From NCBI GenBank assembly GCA_020891255.1, contig BQFW01000006.1, positions 248,001 through 312,000 on the forward strand: a DNA stretch of 64,000 nt. The letters are read 5' to 3'. The position numbers and the translations under genes were made by a program. Below the pieces are notes generated by a model, which was given only the letters and a program-made list of their open reading frames with translations, did not search any database and was not told where the DNA came from. This document shows, one piece after another, positions 10,027 through 23,553 of the stretch. Every line of letters starts with the position of its first letter. Within the stretch, counting starts at the first letter, position 1. The stretch comes from Entomortierella parvispora E1425 (lineage: Eukaryota > Fungi > Mortierellomycota).

Positions 10027-11736
10027 ATGTCGGCCACACCCAATCTCGACTTTGCCTTTGGCAGTTTCAACAAAATATGTTCGACCGTCTCGCTGACCCT
10101 CTGCCCTCTGGTCGGTGATGCTGACGGCATCGAGCCTATTTGCTACTCCAGAAACGTTCGTCTGGCCGATACCTTGATCTTCCAGCCTTGTAAGTTGGAA
10201 CGCAACCCATCAAGTAACAAGGGAGGGCATCCTCATTATGATAATGACTCCTAACCTTTTGTTCAAACGTCGTGTTTCTATGTATCTCCTAGCTACGCTG
10301 ATCATTCACATCATTGCTCTGGTCATGACTGCCATCATGATTTATCACATTCGGTCAAAATACACAGCCGTCGGTAGGTTACTGGAAACACTGGCGATAT
10401 ATTTTTAAACTTGATGACTGGGCTTAGAACATGAAAAAACAGACCAGGATTTAAGTTCTTGCAGGCAGGCAAAGGACCGGTGCGATATGTTAATGCCCAG
10501 CATGGAACCAGAGCTGCAGCATGCTCGCAACGAATTTGGAAAGATATATATACAAGGAGAGGCACAATCGCACATATCCTCAGCAAGGCAGCAAAGCGAA
10601 TGAAAAAAAAAAAAAAAAAAAAATCAGGAGTGGAAAAAGAGACACATGGGCTCCCTGAACCGACAGCAGGAACAGTCGGTCGCGTGGCTATGGCTGAAAA
10701 AAAAACAACGGATTCCCAACGGACTAGGCGCGGAAGAGATGGCCATCTTTATTACTCCACTAATCGTATCTGCGTTCTTCTCAACTCTGCTAGGTCGCAA
10801 GGAAATTATCATGTTCTTTTACTTGTATATGCTTGTCACCATCATGGATCTCTTGCTCATTTCTGGAATCATCCCCACCGCCAGCAACTTGTACCCTGTA
10901 AGTTGATGTGATTCAGGATAAACTCTATGGTTCTCACTCTCCCTGCAAAGCATGCTAACCCTACGTCCTATTTTCAATTGCGATAGTACTTTACGGGAGT
11001 ACATCTTGGATTAATCTCGGCAACATTCTGGTGTCTACTATTGAACGGATTTGTCGGATTCCAGTTTGCTGAGGATGGAACCCCATTGTCGCTCTGGGTA
11101 AGTTGCCTGGACTATTTGCCTTGCGATATGACCGGCAATTGATCGGAGATATTAATGTTTTTATTTTTTTCCATCCAGTCGATTCGCATCTCGTCTTTTG
11201 TTGTGTTTGCCGCAGTTGCGTTCTTGTCGATCGCCACCTTCAACAAGCTTGGGCCATTTGATCCATTTCACCCTGTTGCCTTGTGGGTCGTGTTCTTCAT
11301 CTTCAACGGCGCAGCCCTTCTCATCTACGTGATCTTGCAGATTGTGCTGGTGGTCAACACGTTGGATGACCGTTGGCCCTTGGGAGATATCGTCTTTGGC
11401 ATTGCGTTCTTTGCCGTGGGTCAGGTGATCCTTTATGTGTTCTCGCTCGACATTTGCGTGTTTGCGAAGCACTACATTGATGGATTGTTCTTTGGCACGA
11501 TCGCGACTCTGTTGAGTGTGATGATGGTGTACAAGTACTGGGACTCGATCACCAAGGAGGATCTCGAGTTCTCTGTCGGATCCAAGCAGAACGTGTGGGA
11601 GGTCAAGGAATTGTTGGGTGAGGACGAGATGGCCAGCGGTGGCCTCTATGGTCAGCAGCAGCAACAGCACTTTAACGGCAACTCGCCCGCGTCGGGACCA
11701 TATGGTCGCGCAAACTACTATGAAGAGCGGTACTAG
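10027..11736 (+). CDS. CHS7: Chitin synthase export chaperone (multi-exon)
   Basis: FGSFNKIC...[73 protein letters not shown]. Confidence 0.92.
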
Positions 11737-12816
11737 ATGGCTTTTCTTAGGAAATCAAGTGTTTTTTTCAGTCTTTTTGTGTTTTTGAAGAAGGGTGACC
11801 CAGTCAATAAAGTACATTAATAGTATACTAGTATACGAGTAGGGCAAGGGGCAAGCGACGCGAGAGAGAGGAGACAAGAGAGAAGAGAGAGAAAGAAAAA
11901 AAAAAGATACACGAAACACGTGACGTAAAACGAAAACGAAAAAAAAGAACCCCCCAAAGTCGCGTCCAGCCGGCCTGTTGGTCGCACAGAGAGCGTCGAA
12001 GCGCAGATTCGATGATCCAATCCCATGCAATCACAATCAATAAATTTCCATGTTTCTCACCCGCTGCATTCCCCCCTTGCGTTCGTGAACAGCCTGTGCC
12101 AACAACACACACAGACTGGTGCACTCACGGACGGAGCGGACGAATTTTTTTTTTTTATTTTTCGTTCTGTTTTCCTTTATGCCCTTCGCCTGCGTTGCGT
12201 GTGCATCCTTCCTCTCTTCTCTTCTTCTCCTCTCTCCTCGTCACTCCCCCCCATCATCCCATCTGTCCATCCATCCATCCCTTCTTCCCCCCGCAGACCC
12301 TCGCTCTGATTCGACCTGGACCCGGCCTGATTCGTCTGTGCTCTGATCTGATCACCCCTTCACACCACACAGCCCCATCGTCGCTCTTCTCCCGGGACTT
12401 GCTTCCTTTAATTCACACATTTAATTAGCCCAGCTGGCCAATCGGGGATCATCCCATCATCCCATCATCCTCTTGATTTCAACGCCCATTCTCACTGGAC
12501 CCCCACCTTCCTTCCCACCGCTCCCGCACAAGCCCCGTTGCCGCCAACCGCAGGGCAGACCCAACAGTCAAAGAAACGCCACCACTTTTTAGCTGGCTCT
12601 TCCTGCGCTGCACTGCATCCAAGCTGCTGGCTCGGTCGAAAGGTTCGCCCAGTCAACCCAGAGAGATTGCACGCACCCTTCGTCTCTTTTGCTGCACCCC
12701 TGTTCCTTCTCTCTCACCCTTGGCCCATTCTCACTCAAGAGTGTGGTAGCGCGTCAGAAAGCTCGCTTGCTTCTCCACTCAACCATCCATTAAAGGCCGT
12801 ACGGTAATAAGCAAGC

Positions 12817-15800
12817 ATGCAGCCACACCAACGATCCGCCTATTATGGCGCATCACCGCCCGACCAACCTTCTGGCCCACCTTCTTCAGCCCCCCACCCC
12901 CAGCGGCAACAACACCACTATAGACGGCCATCCTCGCCTGGTCCCTATGGTAATCCGCCCCAGGGATATTCTTCCGCGCCACCACCACCATCTTCGTCGT
13001 CCTCGTCGTCTGCTGCTGCTGGTGCGCACTACAGTCAGAGCCAGGCCTATGGACGTCATGACTACAAAGATGAATACTACGGCCAGGATCACCGTCGGGA
13101 GTACGAGCCCGTGGATCCAAGCCATGGACGCGATTATGCTGCACCTATTGCTAGGGATCTCTATCAGTCCCCATCCTCAGCATCGCCGTCGCGGCTTCAT
13201 CGTCCTCCCAGAGAGGCTCCTCCTGGACCCTCCGCTGCCCGCCATGGACCATCCTCGGCTAGCCCTGGCGGATATGCTCCTCACCATGCCCCCTACCCAG
13301 CTGCCAGCTCCACGCGCGATCAGGACCATCTCCCTTCACGCTCACCGCCCGTCCATCGTCCTAGCGGTCATCCTTACAGCGGTAGCAGCACTGGTAATGT
13401 CGGTCGGTACTCTGCGAGATCGCCCTCGCCTGCACCCTATGGATCCCCTCCTGGAGGATTGACCTATCGCCAATACTATGAGCAGCAGCAGCAGCAGCAC
13501 AACCGTCCTATATATCGCCAGGAATACTACGCATCAGACGGTGAAGGCGAGGCAGCACCGATGGGTCAGCATTCAGCCTACCATCATTCGCATCCTCCTC
13601 CACATGGCCATCCATCGTCCAGAATGCCAGCATTCAGATCATACGATGGCCCCGCGCACGACTATCCCCCAGGTGGATCGCATCCGGTATGATATAATTC
13701 TGTTCCTCCCTCCTTCTCTTTCATATCCACCCATCCCTCTCTCCCTCTCTCCTTTTCTGTGTGGTCGTTTCGTTGCCAATGTTTTTAAATTACCGCCCTC
13801 TAATTGTTCTTTTTTTTTCTCCACTAGTCATCGTTCTATCCGCCACAACGGCGCTCGATGCAATCGGATCGGTACGAAAGTTCGGGGCCCGTGTCTGCAC
13901 CTCCCCGTGCTACTTCTCCATTCCAGCCTTATGCGGCTCGCCATCCAACACACTCGGGCCACCCCGCTCCAGGGGGCTGGTCGGCGACCCGCTCTCCTGA
14001 ACTGGAGACTCGATCCGCCATTGCTTATCGCCGTCGGTCTGCCAGCGTGGACGAAGGCATGGAGAGGGACAAGGTACTGTGGCCAAATTCTACTTTTGAT
14101 GATTCCGGTGTGTATTATTTTTACGCCTGGGGACCCATTTATTAACCGTTTGTATTCTGTTCGTCTTTTTGCTTAGCTCTACTACGCACATCCGTACCAT
14201 CACCCTGCGGCGAGACACCCCTCGAGGAGTCCCCCTCCACCGCGTGGCCGTTCGCCCGCAAGATATCAGGTGAGAGCGCAATCCGTTGGCGGAATGTGCG
14301 CATGGAACAGGCTCTTCTCATACCTGACAACGCCACAGGACACAGCACAAGAGCACTCGTGGAACCTTGGTATTAACAATTCTATATATTCCACACTGAT
14401 AGTACAACTCAAGCCCATATGGAGGAGCACCTTCAGGGTATAATGAGGCTACCTACATTCCCTCTAGATCGCCATCTCCTGTCAGACTTGCTCCTCTTCC
14501 ACCACAGCGGGCAGGGGATAGAAAGGCACAGGTTACCTCTATTGCACAGCTGTTGATTGAAAAGTCATCTCGAGAGGCCAGTCCTGACTATAATGTGGAG
14601 AATGGATCGATGGCTCCGAGCCCAAGGCAGTCATCTGGATATCGTCACAACAATGTACATGACCGTCAGCGCCCAGATCTTTCGCCCACACCACCACCAG
14701 CTACCGCTCATGCTATGCGCTACCGGGACCGATCTCCAGGTCAAGAGTCAACTGGATCGCAGCGTCAGGGTGAGGCTAGGCGGGTGCCTGGACAGCTCGC
14801 AGAAAGAGCAAGGATGCTTCCTATCCACGGCAAGATGGAGTCGTCGTCATCCAGCCCCTCGCAACAAGCAGTTCGAAATGATGATGCGGCTCAAGTAAGC
14901 AAGCAGATGGACAATGGCACCTCACGTAGGGATGAGCAGTCCTTCCCTGAGAGTAGCCAGGCCACTACTGCTGGAGCAGAGTCTTGGCCAGAAGATCAAG
15001 GCGAGGCATCGCTGGGCTCTCTAGAGGCTAAGGAGTCATCTCTTACATCAGCGGCGCAGGTTAAACGGAAACCGAAAGCAGAGCTGGACAAACGCTCGAT
15101 CAAAGTCAAAGCCGACGAGGCAGAGGTTCCTGTGGAAGCTGCTAAAGTCAAGGGCAAGCGAGGCAGGAAGCCTAAAGTAAAGGAGAATCCATTAGAGTCA
15201 CCTGCTCCCTCGGGAGCTGCCAGTGCATCGCTTACAAAGGCGCGAGCAGTGCCACAGGCTGGCGTTAAGCGTCAGCGCGCTGTAGATATTGCTTCAGAAG
15301 GAGGCAAGCCTCAAGGAGCCAACGGCGCGGAACAGCTTCTTGCAGGCCCTGGAGCATATGGATCGGACTCGGACCTAGAGGACTTTTCTCAGCACAAGGA
15401 CATGATGGCTTATCGTCTGGAGGTGCACAAGCGGGGCCAAAAGGTGCAAAAGGCATATGAAGCGCAGACAACTGTAAGAGCGAAACAAGTATTAAGCTAT
15501 TTTATTTTTTTATATTTTGTAATTGCTTCTAACTTTTGATCTTTTTTGGTATACAGCGCAAGCGGAGAAAACTCCACGACAAGTTCTTGGAAAAGCAGGA
15601 AAAGAGACTTGAAGCAAAGGCACCTGTCGATCTTCAGGACGATGAGGGCTATCTCGGAACTGGAAACATGTCACTCCAAGCATCACCCCAGCCAGTTGTC
15701 GCCAAGGGACGAGGTCGTGGACGCAAAAAGCTTTTGGCAGATGGAATCAAAACTGAAGCGGACGGTACCCCGATCAAGGAGACCAAGGCTGAGATGAAGA

Positions 15801-18800
15801 GACGAGAGCGCAAGGAAGCAGCTGAAGCTGCGGCCATGGCTCAGGTTCAGGCGATCAAAGCTAAGGCTCGCGCCCAGGAGAACGAACTCAACGGCATTGA
15901 AGAGCTCGAGGACGAAGACGCTGATGCGCACGTCCCACGGTCCAACATGTACGACGATGAAAGCGACGAACAGGACTTTGACGACGATCATCGCAATGGC
16001 ACTCAAATCTCGGATGATGAAGTTGAGCAAGAAGAGTCTAATGTTGTTCCAGACGAAGAAACCTTGGCGCGTCGACAGGAGAGAGAATATGAGGCCAAGA
16101 GAAGAGCCATCTGGGACCTGATTGCTCACCGCCAAATCCGCGAGATTACAAAGATTGTCGCCACCACCACCTCCATCAAAATGCAAAATTGCAAGAAGGT
16201 GGCACAGCTTTGCCAGCGTGAATCGAGAAAGGCAGCCGCTCGATCCGTGAAGCCCAGCAAGGATGTGCACTCTAGAGCTCGCAAAGCCAACCGCGAGATG
16301 CTCTTCTTCTGGAAGAGAAACGAACGTGAGGAGCGCGAGTTGCGCAAGAAGGCCGAGAAGGAGGCAATCGAGAAGCTCAGGATCGAGGAAGAGATGCGTG
16401 AAGCTAGACGACAGGCCCGCAAGCTCAACTTCTTGATCACTCAGACCGAGCTGTACTCTCATTTCATTGGCAAGAAGATTGGAAGTAAGTATCCTGTATC
16501 GTTTGAGAGTGACTGGGTTTAATGTTGAGATAGGAACTAACGGGCTGGATTTTGTATTTCTGATAATATAGCCGAAGCTGCTGAAGCTGACGACGATGCG
16601 ACACCAGTCAGGATGCAACCTGCCAAGGACCCCTCGGAAATGGCCATTTTGCAAGATCCCAACCACACTCCTGTCGAAGGCGATCTTGATTTCGAAAAGG
16701 ATTCAGATGAGACTTTGGAGGCTCAGGCCAAATGGGGCGCTCAGCAGGCCTTGTTGGCTGCCCAGGAAAGAACAAAGGCCTTTGACGAAGAGGCCAAGGA
16801 GCACCAGGAACGCAAGTCCAATATGGCTCTTAACCAGGCAGATCGTAAGTTGTCGTTTGATAGATGTTTCCGAGACCCAATTTGGGTCGACTGTTGCTAA
16901 GCATGAAGTCTTTGCCTTGCCTTAATTAGTGGACGAGATGAATTTCCAGAATCCATCCAGTATGCCTACGGTCACGGAGATTGAACAGCCAAAGATGCTT
17001 ATGTGCCAGCTCAAGGGCTATCAGATCAAGGGTCTCAACTGGTTGGCCAACCTGTATGAGCAGGGTATCAACGGTATCTTGGCCGATGAGATGGGTCTGG
17101 GTAAGACTGTGCAGTCCATCTCTTTGATGGCACATTTGGCAGAGTCTCAAAACATCTGGGGTCCTTTCCTGGTCATCGCGCCTGCCTCGACCTTGCACAA
17201 CTGGCAACAAGAATTTACAAAATTCACTCCGGATCTCAAGGCTCTCCCTTACTGGGGTAACATGAAGGATCGTAAGACGCTGCGCAAGTTCTGGAACAAA
17301 AAGCAGGTCTACAGCAAGGATGCTCCCTTCCACGTCTTGATCACGTCCTACCAGCTGGTCGTGTCTGATGAGAAGTACTTTCAGCGTGTGAAATGGCAGT
17401 ACATGGTTCTGGATGAGGCTCAAGCGATCAAGAGTTCATCCAGTGCACGTTGGAAGACCCTTTTGGGCTTCAACTGCCGTAACCGTTTGCTCTTGACCGG
17501 TACTCCGATTCAAAACAGTATGCAGGAACTGTGGGCTTTGCTGCATTTCATCATGCCCAGTTTGTTCGATTCGCACGAGGAGTTCAGTGAGTGGTTCTCC
17601 AAGGATATCGAGTCGCATGCCGAGAACAAAGGTACTTTGAACGAGCATCAGTTGAAGCGTCTTCACATGATTCTGAAGCCGTTCATGTTGCGTCGTATCA
17701 AGAAGAATGTCCAGAACGAGCTTGGCGACAAGGTAACGATTTTTTTTTTTTTTTTTTTTTTGCACTGGTCAATTTTAAAGATTATTTGCTGCGCCTATGT
17801 TTCAAGATATGTGCTGACATTTTATTTATTGTTATCATTAGATTGAACTGGAAGTTAGCTGTGAGCTGACAGCAAGACAGCGTGCTCTTTACCGTGGCTT
17901 GAAGCAGAAGATTTCCATTTCGGAACTCTTGGAGAAGGCATCATCGCTGAACGACAACGACTCTGTTGACAGCTTGATGAACTTGGTGATGCAGTTCCGT
18001 AAGGTCTGCAACCATCCCGAGCTTTTTGAGCGTGCTGATGTGGTTTCGCCCTTGGCTCTTTGCGCTTTCAGTCAGACTCCATCGATCGCTCGTGAAGGCG
18101 ATGACCTCTTTGTGGCGTACACGACTCGCAGTCATATCACTTACTCGGTTCCCAAGCGTGTTTACCGCGAGGGTGGATTCTTGAGCGTGCCATCCAGTCA
18201 GTCACGTGCAGGAAGCGACACCAAGTATCTGGATCAGTTGCTCAATATCTGGACTCCAGATCATATCGCCCAGTCCATGTATGAGGAGCAAGGCGCGTTT
18301 TCTTTCCTTCGATTTGCGGATTACTCGCCCAGTCAAGCCAGCAAGGTTTTCAAAGGTCATCTCATGGAACGGTTTGCACAGCATTTGGAGATGGCGGAGA
18401 CTCGATCCCGTCGAGGCTATGGTCTTCACGACGATGGACTTCATAACGACAGCGACTCGAGCTCGAACCCAGGAAGCACGTATGCCAAGTTTGTGATTAC
18501 GGAAACCCGGGACCCCTTCTCGATCGGCAACCAGTCCCTTTTGGGCTATACTCAGCAATTGGGCCATGCTCTTGAAAAGTCCGAGCTGGGTGAATACCTG
18601 CCTATGATGGAGCCTGCGTACAGACCCAAGGCAGTGGCACCCCCTATCGAAATGGTCTGCTCTGACCGCAGCTTCTTGGTCGATCAACAGGAGCAGCTCT
18701 TTGACAGCCGCATGAGGCAGATGCTACTCGGCGTACCCTCTTTCAGAACCGAGGCATCCTCGGATCCCGAGAACGCACCCATGATGGATCTCTGGCGCGT

Positions 18801-19923
18801 CAATGGCGGTCGTGGTCTGTTGGGCGAGCCATCTTTGAGTTCGATGGGATACTCGACAATCGAAGTGCCGCAGATGAAGCAGTTGGTCATGGACTCGGGC
18901 AAGCTTGCAGTCTTGGACAAGTTGCTGGTGGAGCTCAAGGCTGGTGGTCATCGTGTGCTCGTGTACTTCCAGATGACAAAGATGATCGATCTCATGGAAG
19001 AGTATTTGACTTACCGACAGTACAAGTACTTGCGTCTGGATGGATCCTCGAAGATTTCGGATCGTCGCGATATGGTTACAGACTGGCAGACGAGACCCGA
19101 GATCTTTATCTTCTTGCTAAGTACACGTGCTGGTGGATTGGGTATTAACTTGACAGCCGCCGACACAGTCATCTTCTACGACAGTGATTGGAACCCTACA
19201 GTGGATCAGCAGGCCATGGATCGTGCCCATCGTTTGGGTCAGACCCGACAGGTCACCGTGTACCGACTCATCACCCGTGGCACCATTGAGGAGCGTATCT
19301 TGCAGCGTGCCAAGCAAAAGGACGAGATCCAAAAGGTGGTCATTTCCGGAGGAGAATTCAAGCAGAGTGTCGAGTTCAAACCTCGCGAGATTGTTTCATT
19401 GCTGTTGGACGACGACGAGTTGGCGTCCAAGTTGCAGGAGCAGCAATTGAAGCGAAAGGTCGAGGAAGAAGAGGCCAAGAACTCGAGAAAGGGTGGAAAG
19501 GATTCTCCAGCCGGTCGACCCAGCAAGCGCGCCAAGAAGGACACTGGCAGCAACAAGGATTCACCTTCTGCAACCACCCCTGCTTCTTCAGGATCAGCTG
19601 CCGTTACTCCTGGTCCTCGGTCCTTGGACGATATGTGGGCCGAGATGGAGAACAGGGAGAATGGTGAGGGCGAAGCTGGAAGCTCGACACCGACTGCAAA
19701 ACCCAAGCGAGGCAGAGTGCCCAAGGAGAAAGCACCCAAGGAGCCCAAGCCCAAGAAGGAGAAGGAGCCCAAGGCCAAAAAGCCCCCCAAGCTTAGCAAG
19801 AAGGCTCAGGCGGCCGCAGACGCAGCAGCGGCGGCAGCAGGATCGTCATCGTCATCGGCCTTTGGAAGTGCTGGCAACGGGGACGTGGATGATGACATTG
19901 ATATCGATCAATCAGACATGTAA
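12817..19923 (+). CDS. INO80: INO80 chromatin-remodelling ATPase (8 exons, ~2121 aa)
   Basis: DBINO region ([19 protein letters not shown]), [19 protein letters not shown], split helicase with [12 protein letters not shown] and [11 protein letters not shown]. Exons 12817-13686, 13828-14073, 14177-14269, 14403-15473, 15557-16484, 16572-16844, 16930-17732, 17842-19923 are phase-consistent. Confidence 0.93.
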
Positions 19924-20645
19924 ACAGAAAGAGTCGTCTTTCTTTTCTTTTTTCTTTTTCTTTTTTTCTTTTATTTTCTTGCAGTCGTTTTTTTTTCTTT
20001 CTTTCTATTACTCTTTTAGTTTCTTTTTTTCATTCTCGGACAATATCCTTTGCGAGCTACCCCTTCCCTACCTTGTAATTTATCCTCACCATTCATCCAT
20101 TGAAGGAGAGGGGAGAAGGAGAGAGGGGATCCTCGTTCCCTTTCTCTTTGCCTCCCATCTTTGCTCGCTCTACTCACTAATAGTTGCAATAAACCCGTCT
20201 TATTGATCGAGAACACTCTTCAATATCCAACGCTGGCTGCATTTCATCGAGATCAAAAAGCATCTGTCCACCACCATAGGTCCACTGGTGGTCTGGTTGC
20301 AATGCTATCTGTGCAACCACAGCAGAGCCCAGCAGAGAGCAGAGCAGACTTGGCGCAGCGCAGGGCGCAGGATCGAAAAACACAGTCCATCAATTTTGTC
20401 TAGCGTTGCCGAATGAAATGAAGGCTAAAGCAACATTTATTCGACACCGACAAGGGACTCTAGATGTGTGTATCTTTCTTTATTGATCTCACGTGACTCC
20501 AAAGAAAAAATTGCTCTGCAATAAAGGGATCTCTCGATGCATCTCTCAGATCTCCATCTACTCGCAAAGATATGCCTAGGGCGGGCCGGGTGGGACATCT
20601 AGAGTCCCTTGTCGGTGTCGAATAAATGTTGCTTTAGCCTTCATT

Positions 20646-23520
20646 TCATTCGGCAACGCTAGACATTATTCTTCCCCCTCCAAGGGACTCTATCTGTGAA
20701 TCCAGATGTCGGGGAAGAAGAGTGTTGGTGAAGTTGCTAACGAGGGTCCTTGAAATTCGATAGTAGTTCTCCACCATGGTAGGCGATGACCAGTTCCCTT
20801 GAACGGTCACTTCCTCCAACGGAACCCCTTTCTTGAGGGCGTTCGTAGCTCCCAGCGCCCTGACCTTTGGGCGGGGTTGCCCCTTCTCTCTGGGCATCAG
20901 ATCCAGGAGGACGGCAAGGTACTTGGAGATTCTCTCTGCTCCCAGAGGCGATTTGCCATAGCTGATCTCCCTGATTAGGGGTATTATTTCAACCTCCAAC
21001 AACTCCTTGTCCAGCTTGGGGTGTTGCTGCCTTGCATGTTCGTCGTGTTTCTCAGTACGCCTACGGTACTCCTGATACACTTCTACCGGGCAAAAGATTG
21101 GATCTGTGTGCGGATGTATCAAGACGGTCTTGATAATGCGTTGTCCATCTCGACGTTCCTTGGGAGAGACGATGGTCAATTCCAGCACTCCATCTCGAAT
21201 TCGGCACTGCTTTGTGTCTATACAAGCCAAGTCGTCCGGTCGAAGGAGTCCTACCAGTCCCAGCAAGAAGCATGTCTTCGATGTCAAGTGCCTAATGTTT
21301 AGGCCCTTGTTCTCACCCTTCTTGAGGATCTCGATGAAGATAGGTGTCGTATCCGCGTCGTCGTGACGTAGCCGCTTGAGTGTGTGTGCACCAATGACCT
21401 TTAGAAAATCTGACAGATTTTCATCCGCTCGCCACTCTTCCTGACGGTCCCTCGGGAAGAGTTTGAGTACTGATGACAAGTAGGCTCGGGCCGTTTGCGG
21501 CTTCCAAGCCCTAATCTCCACTCCATAGTTCAGGAAGTTCATCAAGTCCGTAGGTGAGGTATCCTCTAGTGGTCGACCTCTCTCCTGCATCCATTGCGTG
21601 AATGTTCGTTGACTCGATGTGCTCTTGTTCCTTTCCTGAGCGGATTTGGAGTCAAACAATCGGCGAATGACTCCTGCGTCGGCCCCTGTGGTCACAGCTT
21701 GCTGCCGTCGACGCTCCACGCTGTTAACTGCCACATGGGGTTCCGCTCCAGTGGCTGTGGGCTGTTTCCTGGTGCGGGTTGTACCATTGTCCTCGGTACT
21801 GGGATTGGGCTGTGTGTTGACATGGCCTGGATTGTAGGGTACCAAATCATAGCAGGCCACTGTGGTGTGATCACTGTCGCCTGCACCTTGTCCGTTCTGA
21901 TCTTCTCCAGGACTCGGTTGAGGAGTGACCACGGTGGGCAGATGTAGACTCGGCCCAGGTCCTTCCAACTGAAGCTGAACGCATCCTGTCTCCACGCTGT
22001 CTCCTCGTGCATCCAGGAGACGTAGCGTTGAGTCTTCGCGTTCTTTGCCGTGGCGAATAGATCGACTGAGTGATGCCCCCAGGTCGAGTCTAGCTGTCGA
22101 TAGAACGAGTTGTTGATCGACCACTCCAACTGTGCTGTCATGCGTCTCGATGGTGAGTCGGCTGGATTGAACTGAGACGGTACGTACGTTGTCATGAGTC
22201 GGGTTCCCGTCTTGATGCAATAGTCCCAAATTTGTGTTGCTAGGTCCAGCAATCGCTTTGATTTGGTCCCTCCAAACTTGTTTATCTGCGCAATTGCCGT
22301 CGTATTGTCGCAGATTACCTGGATTGTCCTGCCGCGCATGTCCGGCAGGTGTATCAGATGCCATATCACCTTCAATTCCTTGTAATTGATGTGATACGGT
22401 TGCTCCTCCTGTGTCCATGTCTTCGAGATCTCCTCGTCCTCGTAGACTATCCCCCATGCGTCCTGAGATGCATCCGTGAATACATCGATCTCTGACCTCT
22501 GGGGGAGGAATCCCTGACCATTCCATGTCGACAGGTTTTTGCACCACCATTGAAGATCCTCTTTCGATTGGTGGTCCAGTGTGACAGACTCCGTCCATGG
22601 GCAGTTCCTTGCTAATGCTGAGTTCTGAGCTTGGATGAGTCGGCGCGTCTTTAGTCGTGCTGGAAAGATGGCCACTGTCATGGACATCGCTCTCCCTATG
22701 AAGGACGCCAATCTCTTCAGCGGGACTGCTGCTGCCTGCAGCATCTTGTTGGCTTCTCTCCTCAGGTCTCGGATCTTGTTCCCCGGGACTGACAGTGACA
22801 TTTGGACGGTGTCTATGTGAAATCCCAGGTGATTGATCTGTTGCAAAGGCGTAAGCATTGATTTCTCGTTCTGAATGAGGAATCCCAGTCGTTCCAGCTT
22901 CTGACGTACCATGAGAGTGTGTCTTTCTGACTCTTCTCTGCTGGTTGCGGCAACTAATATGTCGTCTAAATATGCTGAAATGCGGATCCCCTGTTTGCGT
23001 GCCCACTGCAGGATGGGTCGTATGATCTTGGTGAAGACGTAAGGGGACAGTGAGAGACCGAATGGAAGGGTCCTGAACTGATATGTCTTCCCGTGCCATC
23101 GGAAGCGTAGGTAGCGTCGACTTTTCGGCTGTACGGCGACGTGGAGGAAGGCGTCGCTTAAGTCGATTGATGTCAACCAATCCTTCGGCCGCAACATTTG
23201 GCAGATGTGAGTGAGCGTCTCCATCTTGAAATGTGGGGCCTTCAGGTGTTGGTTGAGAGGTCGAAGGTTGAGGACAGGGCGGAGGCCCCCTGTCTTCTTG
23301 GGTATTGTGAATAGACGGCTGTAATATCCCCAGCCTGAGCATTCTTCTATGGCCCTTTTTTGTAATAAAGAAACGATCTCTTTGTTTATTTCCTCCTTCT
23401 CCGCTGGTGTGGTGTAGGGATCGTGGATTGGTGGGAGGCGCATTGGCGGTGGTTTGCTGAAGACGATCGAGTACCCCTTGCTGACAATGTTGTTGACCCA
23501 AGTTGAATCTGTCATCTCCT
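20646..23520 (-). CDS. DIRS tyrosine recombinase ORF, overlapping the RT ORF in another frame
   Basis: GLLRPDDL, PKVRALG and QGNWSS..ENYYR motifs lie in the last ~340 aa. The frame is open across the whole RT ORF; the true start is uncertain. Confidence 0.85.
21692..23515 (-). CDS. DIRS reverse transcriptase-RNase H-methyltransferase-like ORF
   Basis: DLSDAFLHV, LPFGLSLSP, YLDD; RNase H TDAS..KEL..CDN..NPADSPSR; C-terminal VDLFAT..YICPPW. Confidence 0.93.
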   Translation of the reverse strand: MTDSTWVNNIVSKGYSIVFSKPPPMRLPPIHDPYTTPAEKEEINKEIVSLLQKRAIEECSGWGYYSRLFTIPKKTGGLRPVLNLRPLNQHLKAPHFKMETLTHICQMLRPKDWLTSIDLSDAFLHVAVQPKSRRYLRFRWHGKTYQFRTLPFGLSLSPYVFTKIIRPILQWARKQGIRISAYLDDILVAATSREESERHTLMVRQKLERLGFLIQNEKSMLTPLQQINHLGFHIDTVQMSLSVPGNKIRDLRREANKMLQAAAVPLKRLASFIGRAMSMTVAIFPARLKTRRLIQAQNSALARNCPWTESVTLDHQSKEDLQWWCKNLSTWNGQGFLPQRSEIDVFTDASQDAWGIVYEDEEISKTWTQEEQPYHINYKELKVIWHLIHLPDMRGRTIQVICDNTTAIAQINKFGGTKSKRLLDLATQIWDYCIKTGTRLMTTYVPSQFNPADSPSRRMTAQLEWSINNSFYRQLDSTWGHHSVDLFATAKNAKTQRYVSWMHEETAWRQDAFSFSWKDLGRVYICPPWSLLNRVLEKIRTDKVQATVITPQWPAMIWYPTIQAMSTHSPIPVPRTMVQPAPGNSPQPLERNPMWQLTAWSVDGSKL

Positions 23521-23553
23521 CCCATTCCCGTTTGAATTGGAGAAGGCGTGCTC

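Noticed and set aside
15683-16666. 327-aa antisense ORF within INO80, and similar shadows in CCT8, ADE4 and CHS7
   Set aside because: Antisense shadows of strongly biased coding sequence.
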